From positions 15,624,001-15,688,000 of the forward strand of contig JBHGNT010000007.1 in assembly GCA_043228905.1 (NCBI GenBank): a DNA stretch of 64,000 nt. The letters run 5' to 3'. Below are positions 53,005 through 64,000 of this stretch, in pieces. The stretch is from Azolla caroliniana (lineage: Eukaryota > Plantae > Polypodiophyta). The position numbers and the translations under genes were made by a program. Position 1 is the stretch's first letter. Every line of letters begins with the position of its first letter. The notes beneath the pieces were generated by a model. That model worked only from the letters and a program-made list of their open reading frames with translations. It did not search any database and had not been told where the DNA came from.

Positions 53005-56000
53005 TGTTACACTCATGTGTTCTTCGAGTAGCTTTGATATGAACCTTTTACTCTAGTGCTAGCTAGAGGTTTTTTACCCATGTTACCACATACATGATTT
53101 CCTCATATATGTGGTGGTATATGAGTGAATCATGTATGTGGTAACATGGGGAAAACACCTCTAGCTAGCACTAGAGTAAAAAGTGCCCATGTATAGGGAA
53201 AAGGTTCACATCAAAGCTACTCGAGGAACACATGAGTGTAACAAACCCCCCTTGAGCGAATGATGTGAACACATATAGGGAGTGATAGATCAGCCCCCAC
53301 AGGGCAATAAGCCTAAAGCTTAGCGAAAAGCTTCAAACTTTTCTCGTGGAAGAGCTTTGGTGAATATGTCTGCCACATTATCTTGTGTAGACACATATAC
53401 CAAATCAATATCTCCTGCATGAAGGTGCTCTCTCACATAGTGATAATGCACCTCAATATCTTTGGTCTGTGCATGAAATACAAGATTTCGTGCAATAGCT
53501 AATGCACTCTGACTATCTGTGAGAATATGTGTAGCAACATCAATCTCTATGCAAAGATCCATCAAAAGGCGTCTCAGCCATATACACTCCATTGTAGCTG
53601 TAAAACTGCCTTGTACTTAGCTTCACAACTCGATGTCGTCATAGTAGGTTGTTTTTTACTTAACCAAGATATACAAGAGTTTCCAAGGAAAAAGCAATTA
53701 CCACTAGTGGACACACGAGTATCATAACAACCAACCCAATCAATATCTGTAAAAGCATGCAAGCATGGCTGAGTATCTCTACCATAAAAGAGACCCAAGC
53801 TCAAAGTGCCTCTAAGATATCTAAACACACATTTCACTGCTTGCCAATGCTTAGTGCTAGGGCTATACATGAATCCACTCAATTGGGAAATTGGATACTG
53901 TATATCCGGCCTTGTATTGCATGCATATATAAGATATCCCACAACTTGCTGATAAAGAGAAATATCAAATGCATCACTAGAATCCTCAACGGAGAACCTA
54001 AATCCTATCTCCACAGATGTAGAAACCAGCTTGCAATCCTCAAAGTCAAAACACTGAAGTAGTTTTTCAACATACTTTCCTTGATGCATAACCATTTCCC
54101 CCTCAACGAATACAAACTGGATGCAAAGATAGTAGCTCAAAAGACCAAGATAAGTGACATCAAAAGTATGCTGCAAATCAGCCATAAGAATATCAAGTTT
54201 TGCATCACATGACCCAGTCAAGAGTATGTCATCAACATAAAGAATGAGCACTATAAGATCAACCCCATCTTTGCGTACGTAAAGTGTGCTTTCAATCGGA
54301 CTACATGTGAAACCAAGAGCAATCAAGTGCTTATGGATTTTTTCATACCATGCACGTGGAGCTTGCTTGAGACCATACAAGGCTTTATGCAAGTGACAAA
54401 CCATATGCTCTTTCTCTTTCATAGCAAATCCAGGAGGTTGCTTCACATAAACCTCTTCTTGCAAATCACTATTTAAGAAATTTGTTTTTATGTCCAACTA
54501 ATGCACTTTCCAACCTCTTTGGGCAGCAAATGCAACCACAATATGAATGGTAGTCATGCGTGAAGTAGGTTTGAAAAGTATCCTCATAATCAATGCCATA
54601 TTGTTGTGCATATCCTTTGACAACCAATCTAGCTTTGTAGTGATCAATGCTACCATCAGACTTTTGTTTAATCTTGTAAACCCAGTTAGTACCAATGACA
54701 TTCTTTCCTTTTGGCAATTCCCATAACTCCCAAGTACCATTCTTATGTATGGAATCCATTTATGATTGCATAGCACTCATCCAATGTGGATCATCACATG
54801 CATCTTCAAAAGTAAGTGACTCCTCATTACATGCAATTGCAACAATAGAATAATCCACAAAATTACTTGATGCATGGCGAGAGCTTGATCTTGTTCTACC
54901 AAGTAAAGGTGCACTCGATTTGCTATGTTGCAAAGTTTGTTTCAGCCACTTTGGCATAGTTTGTGCACTCTTGATAGACATACGCTCATTGTGTAATACA
55001 TCTTCAATATGTACATCATGTGTGGGCTGAATTTCATGCTCATTTTCAACCACTTTTTGTTGCAAATGTTCAGCCATGTTTGGTTGGACATTTCGTGCAT
55101 TTTCAGCACTTATTTGCAGGAAACTCACTTGACTGGTCTATATGTCCATAGTCAAGCGCACCACTTTGGAACAAAGGCATGAGTGTATCAAACACATCCT
55201 GTGAGCTAACTGTTGGTTTCTTTTTGCATTCAAGAAAAGGGAAAGCTGAATTTTCAGCAAATACCACATCTCGACTCACAATAATTGTGTCCGTCAATGG
55301 ATGGTACAAACGATATCCCTTACTTTCAGCGCTATAACCAACAAATATGCATTTCTTTGCCTTGTCATCAAGTTTGTGATGTTGTTGTGATGATACAAGG
55401 CCATAGCCAAACAACCAAACACACGCATATGACTAACCATAGGTTTATGTCCATTCCAAGCCTCATATGGAGTAATGACTCTCAAAGCTTTTGTAGGGAA
55501 ACGATTCAACACATAATTTGCACACATAACCACTTCCATCCAAAACTTGTTAGGAAGATGCTTTCCTTTAACCATACATCGTGCCATCTCTAAGAGTGTT
55601 CTATTTTTGTGCTCCGCAACACCATTTTGTTGAGGTATATATGGCACCGTACATTGATGTGAAATACCTCTTTCACAAAGAAAAGCATTAAACTCATGTG
55701 ACATGTATTCGCCGCCACGATCCATGCGTAGAGTCAAGAGTTTATTTTTGGAATTTTTTTTAGCCATAGCTAAAAATGATTTGAAGCAAGAAAATACCTC
55801 ATTCTTTGCTTTCATTGGATACACCCATGTATGGTGAGTAGCATCATCAATGAAGGTAACAAAATATACATGCTTTCCAAAAGATGGAGTCTTTACGGGA
55901 CCACACACATCACTATGAACAAGTTGTAATTTTCTTGTAGTATGTGTATGACTATCTTTTGGAAAAGAAGCACGATGCATTTTTCCAAGAATGCAACCTT

Positions 56001-56703
56001 CACATGCATGTTTTTCAATGGACTCAAGTGTAGGCAACCCAATAACCATATCCTTCTTTTGCAAGTGGAGCAAACTATTGAAGTTCAAGTGACCAAAACA
56101 AGCATGCCAAAGCTCCATTTCAACCACCGAAGAAGTATGGACAACTAAAGCATTTAGAGTAGCCCTCTTGTATGGTATCCAAGCGATACAAGCCATTGCA
56201 TAATGTACCGGACATCACGATAATATCACCATTGCTGAAATCATGAACCATGCACTTATCATCAACAAAATGTACATGAAGTCCAACTTTGGCAATCAAA
56301 GGAACTAAAATTAAGTTCTTCTTGATACCAGGCACATACAATACATTCTTTAAGATGACATACCTCCATTTGCAGTCGTAAGCTCAATTTCACCTACTCC
56401 AATGATAGGATAAGAGGCATTGTTTGCACACACCACATGTCCTCCTTTGGGTGCATCTTTCAAGGATGCAAAAAAACTTTTGCATGAAGTAATGTGCTTC
56501 TTGAGGTTTTTTCCCCATGTTACCACATACATGATTCACTCATATATGTGGTGGTACTTAGTACTTAGGGATATATATTTCAGCTCTTACTAGTTTTAGT
56601 TGTATTCATCAATAGAGAGAGCTATTCCAGCCATTGTCTTCTTTGTGTGAGTGCTTCTTCTGAGTTGCTTGTGTGTCTCTCACTCTTCCATACACACCCA
56701 ACA
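53005..56703 (-). mobile_element. Rearranged Copia element F: inverted pol enclosed by plus-strand LTR halves
   Basis: Minus-strand pol 56500-53320 (LWHACFGHLN, RMDRGGEY, LYVDDILL, ADIFTKAL), PPT aagggggg and LTR start TGTTACAC at 53243; plus-strand LTR start at 53005 and plus-strand LTR remainder 56503-56703 ending CCCAACA; gag absent. Confidence 0.82.
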
Positions 56704-57409
56704 AGGGGAATTCAACAAAGTAGTTTTAGAGATTTAAGCCTAATGACCACCACAATGTGAAAGGGAACAACTTTTTTGTATGTGAACCATAAAACTCGCC
56801 ATTGTGCCTTTTTAGCTCCTTTGCGTGAATTTTTAGTTTTCTTCCCCCATATGATAATCTATGATAGAGCTCTCTCTCTCTCTCTCATACTTTTGAAGTG
56901 AGTGATTAGTTTTACACGTTATTTAGACAAAACCTGGGCTCCATTAATTGGGGTGCGGCTAGTTCGATTGCTCGTAATGTATTTATGTATGTATATAATG
57001 CTCAAGTCTATTAATACACTAGTGAGATTCTCTAGTAAGGCTAGTGCTTTCGAGAGAGAGTGAGAGTTCGTAATATTAGGGTAAGTGAGGCTAGAGGCTC
57101 AATAGTGTTTAAAAACCACCATCACCCAACTCACTATCAATGGGGAATATGGTTATCCGGACCCTTTAGTGAATGATATTGGCATGGAGACATATAAATT
57201 CTGCGAATCCAAAGACATGCATTCAATGAGAGCACCTAAAGTTGACAAGTTATGAATGCAAACAATATATATATAAATGTTTAGGACAATGGGATGCATT
57301 TAACTTATTTCTTAATGACTTAATAGATTCCCTAGTGAAGTTAAAGATTTATCAAGGGAGGTGCAGAGTCTGATGCAACACTCGTTATACTACATATTGC
57401 ACCAAAATA

Positions 57410-57811
57410 CTAAACCATCTTCTTCTCTAAACTTAGAACACATAACGACTCACTTAGTGTCATCTTGTACACATCTTTGGACATTATGTTGATTGAGATT
57501 AAACTTTGCGTTAGATCGGATATGTGTTGTACTTGGTGTAGGATGATCAAGTTCCTACTTAGTAATTGAATCATGATGTTTCCAATTCCAATGATCTTGC
57601 ACTCTTGCACATTGCCAAGTTCATCCAATCTGGTATATATAGACGCACTCTCAACGATGCACACCACAATACTACACAATTGTTTCAAAGGAACATAGTG
57701 AAATTGATTTATTAGTTGTCCAATGCCAAGGGCTATTTGGAAATTTATGTCCACGAGACAGGCTTCTCTAAGTGGAGCATTGAAATCCCTTTTTAATGAG
57801 TCTTTAATCAT
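57410..57811 (-). mobile_element. Highly degenerate Copia protease-region remnant
   Basis: LGNVQECKIIGIGNIMIQL...LHQVQHISDLTQSLISI resembles the post-protease segment of Copia pol. Confidence 0.55.
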
Positions 57812-59010
57812 GTTGAGTCGAGAATGCGTTTCTTCATTTTGGTATGGCCTCTTGGATGGATAATTGGTGTATGTCGAATGCCTTATTTTTTATGCTTAGT
57901 ATGGGGTTTTGAGCACATTCGCCAATTAAAAGGCATATAAGTACAATAATTCTTCATGTCGGAGACTTTAGGGAAGTTGACACAACGAATTTGGGCCATG
58001 TATCTAGAGACAAGGGATGCAATGGGAATCTTGATTGAGGTTGTAGTGAGTTTGATGGTATATTATATTCCATCGATTATATTTCAACTTCCATAACTAA
58101 TACATTACTATTTAGTATTAGGGTTAAAAAATGGAGAGCTGTATTACGATAATCAAACGTGTTACCAAAAATGGATTGAAAGTACATTCAGATCATCAAG
58201 GAATTCCCAAAATATTGGGAGGTATGGGGACTATAATTGTACCAACATCCATAAGCTTTTGACAGACCAAGAGGATAGACGAAAGAAGTTGGGAAGAGAT
58301 TGTGTCACGTTTGGTAGTTGGCTACTACCTTTGCTTTGACCAATCGTCCACCTTTCCTACAGACGCTCCCATCACTTTGATCCTATGAAATTATTGATTC
58401 AGAAACACATGTCTACTTCATTGATTTGTTAGTGAATTAGGGAAGATTCTATCCAAGTGGATGAATAGATTGGCTTCTAAACAACAACGTTTGGTGGCAT
58501 GTTGAAACTACAAGTATGGGATTGGCTTACGAAACAAAATTGATGCAACTTAATTCGCATTCCCACTAAAAGTTTAAAAAAATCCCCAAACCTGAAATTC
58601 AAATATATCGACGGATTTCATTATTGCATGAAAATGGTTAAGAACACACGATTCTAAACCAAATAGATTATCTTCTTTGAACGTGCCAACAAATGAATAA
58701 CATATAAGAAAAGTTTAGGAGATAGGAAGCCCAAATGGTTGTAGTTCATTAGGTAGGGTTCTACAACGGAGACCAAAAGGTCATACGTTCGACTCTTACA
58801 TTCTACAATGGCATCGAAGCCCTCATGTTGGTAGTTTAACTAGTTTATGTTCACATGTGCCAAGTTTGCATACACATATTGTTCCACTACACCAAACATT
58901 GTTCTCACCCATTATTGAAGAACCACATCCATTATTGAGGACTTCCAACATGATTCGATCCTCCTACATTAGGCCATACCAAGAACCGAATTAAACTTCA
59001 CTCACATAAA

Positions 59011-59153
59011 TATGTATGTATCTATGACCATCACATCTCTCATATGGAGCTCTTCTTCATGCTATCTCTTGTGCAGATTTTGCGAGCACATAAGAACCAT
59101 ACCCAATTCATGTCCTCATCAGAACCCATGCCATAGGACACATACACATACAC

Positions 59154-59184
<31 letters not shown>

Positions 59185-59310
59185 TGTATCTATGACCATC
59201 ACATCTCTCACATGGAGCTCTTCTTTATCGTATCTCTCGTGTGGATTTCGCAACCACATACGAACCATACCCAATTCATGTGCTCATCAGAACCCATGTC
59301 ATAGTACACA
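59011..59310. repeat. ~170-bp tandem duplication separated by (TATG)n
   Basis: tatgtatctatgaccatcacatctctca.atggagctcttct...aaccatacccaattcatgt.ctcatcagaacccatg present twice. Confidence 0.85.
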
Positions 59311-59875
59311 TAAATACGCATACACATACGCATACACATGCGCATATGCTATACGCAATACGCTATACTATGCGCAGTACGAGTATAAAGGAAAATAACT
59401 CCACATATTTTTTTATCGCGCGCAGAGGCAGTGGAGCAGAAACCAATGAAGAAAGCAAGCAACTCCTCCATCTCCATCTCTACTTCTCTGCAACTCTCCT
59501 CCTTTCGCCATGGTAAACTCTCTCTCTCTCTTGTAATCGTTCTTCTTGTTGTACGTTTTAGGGTTAGGGTTAAGGATGATGATGATGATGAATGATAACT
59601 ATGATGATTGGTAATGAAGATAGACATGATGTAATAGTGAAGATAATGGAGAGTATGATGGCAAGAGAAATGATGAAAATGTTGACAAGCATTGAGAAGC
59701 ATTGCGGGGTGGGGGGTGGTGCCTAGAATGGCTCCACCCCCCTCCCAAGGGGGTTCAACGTTAAGGGGGAGAGAGAGAGAGAGATGACAAAGAGAGAGAG
59801 AGAAAATGGTTATTCATATTTCATTCATTCCCCATAAGGGGTTAAATAGTACAAGAGGGGGTAGATACATAGGGG

Positions 59876-60076
59876 TGTAAGCCCCCTCGAGCATTCATAC
59901 TGGACACTCACTCACACCTCCTCGTATCCATCCACATGCACACACGTGTGCATGTGTTCACATACTTATAGACTCACAATTACATTTATGTCCCCTACAC
60001 ATACACAATAACATCATGATAACATTCGACCCTTGTTCATCACACTAACTCTCTGTACATCTCGTACGGGGTAACA
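59876..60076. mobile_element. Short LTR-like sequence related to solo LTR D
   Basis: TGTAAGCCCC...GGGGTAACA termini; shares cactcactcacacctc..gtatcca and gtacatct.g.a.ggtaaca with 44950-45080/50240-50268. Confidence 0.45.
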
Positions 60077-60227
60077 CAATATGGCACACCCGTGGGAAAG
60101 TGCCTTGCACGTCAATCCCACATGCCTTGATGATGATATTTCTTCGATCGGAACTTCCATCGGTCCTTTCAACGATCGACTCCCTCGATCGGAATGCTTG
60201 ACTCGAACATCTTTGTCGGTCAGCAAA

Positions 60228-63200
60228 TCGTCCGCAACACAAACATTCTCGTTCTGTCGGCTTACAAACTTCAGTGACATCATTCGGGTCGTCAAAAAAA
60301 CCGTTGTATGTATGTGTGTTCTTCTTTGTATCTTGTGAGTTGTGTGTGCATCACGTTCATTTCTTTTAGGTTAATGAGTTTTCGAAATTCTGTAGGTGCC
60401 CTTTGATTTTTAAAATTCCTTAAATGCTCCTTATCGTTCTCCTTTTCCCTCTCTTTTTCCTATTTTATTATTTATTTATTAATTTGCATTAGGTCTTTTT
60501 CCTTTCCTTCTTTGTTCAGTTTGTCTTCTTCCTGCTTCTTACGTTTCTCTCTTGTCGTTGTCTGCATCTTTCTCTTCTTCCCGCCTTCTTGCGATTCGTT
60601 AGCTTTCTTCTCTTCAAGAGAAAGGCTTCTATCTTCCTCTTCATCCTCTTCCAATCTATTTGATCTCTGTCTATTTATCTTAGTTCATGCTCATCTTGTT
60701 ATCTCTTTCTCCCCTCTATTTCTTCTTCTTCTTCTTCTGTGTCGTTTCGAGCCATTTCTTCCTCCGCTTGTCGCCCTGCTCTCCGTCGTTGTCATTGTCT
60801 CCTTCGCTTTTCGGCGGCTCTGTTGCCGGCTACGTTGCTTTTCGGTGTCAATGTCCCATCATCTGGTTGTTGCCGTTGCCGTTGCCATTGCCATGGCTGT
60901 ACATTTCGATTGTCATCTCTGTCACTCTTTGACTCTGTTTGGCCGTCGTCCCGCTGTTTGTCCGTCTCCATCTTCGTCGTTGTTCGGCGTCGTCTAGTTC
61001 GGCCGCCTCCTTGTCTCTTATCGTGCCGGGGAGTTCTTTCCCTTTCATAATGGCCGTAATTGCCGGACTGTTGGTGTCCACCACGGCCGGTCCTTCTTCC
61101 AGATTTGAGAAGAATGCTGGAGCCGATGGTGTTCCGCCTGTCGTCATGCCGGACTTGAGTCCTTCTGTGAATCTTGGTACTAGTTGCAAGAGTCGTCCTA
61201 ACGGCAGCATGATCTGGCATTCCTGCAATACCTACCATGTCACATTTTCGGACTGACTGCCGCCGGCGAGCTCTTCGGTGTTCTACTTTTGTTGCGCGAG
61301 TTCTGGTACGTTTCACTCATTTGCCTTTTTCACCCATTCCGTGGCCTGTTTTCGGATGGCCTCTTGTGTCTCCCATTCCGTAGTCTTCTCCTTCGACCTT
61401 GTGGTGACATGCTGGAGGTCTATGACTTCGGTGATTACCATGTTTATTGGCGGTCGCTTATCATAGTTTTTTGCCGAACATTGATTACTATAATGTCCTT
61501 CTTGCCGGCAGTAATAGCAATATGCTTTCCGGGTGTTGCTGGATTCGGCATTGTTTCCTGTACCTGGTGGAGGACTTGTGGTAACCGCGGGGCTCTGGTC
61601 TGGTTGGCTGCTTGAGGCGCCTTTTTCCGGTTCACGTGGGTGGCTCCCGTTTTTGAAATGCCGTTTTTTATTAAAGTTCTTTTTGTTGCGGTACCCTTGC
61701 CGGGGTTGGTCGTCATACCTCCCGTAATCTTCCCGTCGTTGGTGATACCCGGGGGAGTGATCCCGATTGTGATGCTCGTACCATCCATTGTAATCTCGGT
61801 ACTTGTCATATCTCTTGTACCGGTCGTAGTTGTCTCGCTGATTGTCGTACCAGACATCTTGTGCCGGTCGATATCGCTCCTCTCTTTGCCAGCGTTCGTC
61901 TTCTTCGTCTCGGCTGCTACGTGGCTCGATTTGCCGGACTGGTGGAGCTTGCCGATTCAATAAGTTATATTCGCACCGGTCCATCGTGTGGCTCGTAGAT
62001 TGGCAGAGTAAGCAGTGCGTCCGCATGGTGCACTCCAGTGACGAGTGTCCGGAATTCAAGCAGGTCGTGCATTGGATTGCTTGCCGGAAACGGAGATCCT
62101 CATCGGTTGGTAATGCTCGTTGGAGGGCTCCCATTGTTAGCCAAGAGCTCGTTTTTTCCATTTCTCTAACCCGGTCGATCACCTGGTCGACAGTGCTTGT
62201 GCGAAAGTCAATGACCGTGCATACCGTTCGTAGACATTCCCGGAGCGCGGCTAAAAATATAGCCCGCGTTTCTTCCTCCGGAGGTGTGCGGGTAAGCTGG
62301 TTGTGCATCCGTTGAAACCGGATTACAAACTGCGGGATGCTCTCCTCGGGATCCTGCCGAATTGTATAAAATAAGCCCACCATTTCTCACTGATCCACCT
62401 CCTTCTGGAAGAAGTGCAAGAATTTGTCTTTTAGGTCCATAAAGGTGGTGATGGTGTTGCGATCCTGCGTCCGGTGCCATCTGGCAGCCGGTCCTTCTAA
62501 TGTTACGCCGAATTCAGCTATCTTGGATCGTTCCTCTTCTGCCGCGGTTAGCCGTTGTGACACATGGTTCGCTTCCCATGTTTGTTCAAACGCGTGAACA
62601 TGAACCTCCGCGTCCGGGTCATCCCGATACTTGGAGTACTGGAACGGCATATTCTCGTCCGGTGTCGGTACGCGGCCTGGCGGTGTCGGTGGTGTTTCCT
62701 ATTGTTCCGCCGGCGTTTGAGGTCTTTGCCGGTCTTTGCCGGTCTTCCTTTGGTGTTGCCGGCTCGGCTTCCGGTGTTGGAAGTTTTTGCCGGTGCCCTT
62801 CCGTCTCCGAAGGTTGCTCCACGACGAGTGCCAGAGGTTCTCGGTCTGCCAACTCTGGTTCCGGTGTCGGTAAGGTATCCGACTCCTCGTCCTCCGGTCC
62901 TCCTGGGGTGTCGTTACTACTGCGATAGTTCGTATGCGCGTTGTAACCCCCTTCCGAATCCGATTCCAATGCTGGAAATGCTTCGAATTCACCTTCTCCT
63001 CCGGCCAAGGCCTGGAGAAGGGTTTCCGCTTCCCGGAGGCTGCTTAAGCTACTTCCTTCGTCCAGGTAGGCGTTTTGTTGCAGATGGAGCGACTCCTCCG
63101 CCACTTTCCGGATCATTTTGGAAAATGATCGATCCGTTCAGATTTCTTCCGTTGCTTCTTGAAAAGCCTCTCGCCGTCGTCTCCGTTCAGCAAGTCTTCG

Positions 63201-64000
63201 TGCTCTCTCCGTAACCGGGTCGTTTGTTGGCCTAGTCATCCATTCCTACGGTTGTTCACTGCGATAATGCAGGAATCGTGGTCGCCAAAAACTTCGTCTG
63301 CGACACAAACATTCTCTTTCTATCGGCTTACAAACTTCGGTGACATCATTCGGGTCATCAAAAAAACCGTTGTATGTATGTGTGTTCTTCTTTGTATCTT
63401 GTGAGTTGTGTGTGGATCACGTTCATTTCTTTTAGGTTAATGAGTTTTCGAAATTCTGTAGGTGCCCTTTGATTTTTAAAATTCCTTAAATGCTCCTTAT
63501 CGTTCTCCTTTTCCCTCTCTTTTTCCTATTTTATTATTTATTTATTAATTTGCATTAGGTCTTTTTCCTTTCCTTCTTTGTTCAGTTTGTCTTCTTCCTG
63601 CTTCTTACGTTTCTCTCTTGTCGTTGTCTGCATCTTTCTCTTCTTCCCGCCTTCTTGCGATTCGTTAGCTTTCTTCTCTTCAAGAGAAAGGCTTCTATCT
63701 TCCTCTTCATCCTCTTCCAATCTATTTGATCTCTGTCTATTTATCTTAGTTCATGCTCATCTTGTTATCTCTTTCTCCCCTCTATTTCTTCTTCTTCTTC
63801 TTCTGTGTCATTTCGAGCCATTTCTTCCTCCGCTTGTCGCCCTGCTCTCCGTCATTGTCATTGTCTCCTTCGCTTTTCGGCGGCTCTGTTGCCGGCTACG
63901 TCGCTTTTCGGTGTCAATGTCCCATCATCTGGTCGTTGCCGTTGCTGTTGCCGTTGCCATGGCTGTACATTTCGACTATCATCTCTATCACTCTTTGACT
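60228..64000 (-). mobile_element. Gypsy-like gag-only retroelement between long direct repeats (runs off the window end)
   Basis: 60228-60934 is repeated at 63294-64000 (offset 3066 bp); PBS-like TGGCGACCAC at 63287-63278; frameshifted gag 63116-61313 (DPDAEVHVHAFEQTW, FGVTLEGPAARWH, IRQDPEESIPQFVIRF, three CX2CX4HX4C knuckles); no RT or integrase seen. Confidence 0.75.

Noticed and set aside
57900-58950. Possible LINE ORF1 remnant
   Set aside because: Too degenerate to support from the sequence alone.
60472-63214. Many overlapping 100-200 aa ORFs on both strands
   Set aside because: Expected shadow ORFs in GC-rich, low-complexity retroelement sequence; only the minus-strand gag has recognisable motifs.

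Overview
Eukaryotic land-plant genomic DNA (spliceosomal introns, Copia/Gypsy/LINE/hAT elements, abundant microsatellites; the style suggests a large-genome non-seed plant such as a fern, which is inference only). The left half (1-31.3 kb) holds five intact intron-containing genes: two head-to-head Fe-superoxide dismutase paralogs (one with a plastid transit peptide, one apparently without), VPS39/Vam6, a low-specificity L-threonine aldolase and a PP2C phosphatase, with TE debris and a TSD-bounded hAT MITE between them. The right half (36.3-64 kb) is a retroelement nest: a Copia element (TSD AGAAT) whose 3' LTR (GA)n tract carries four LINE-derived inserts and whose body contains a sister Copia fragment, two solo LTRs and a full-length Copia (TSD TCTTT); then a Copia with an internal inversion that creates a ~240-bp hairpin; then a gag-only Gypsy-like unit between long direct repeats. 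The most notable observations are apparent (GA/TC)n-targeting LINEs sharing a covarying 3' stem-loop, the FeSOD pair with two conserved GC-AG introns and different predicted targeting, a W-box minisatellite in the PP2C promoter, and the LTR foldback. All exon models were read by eye and are not transcript-verified.
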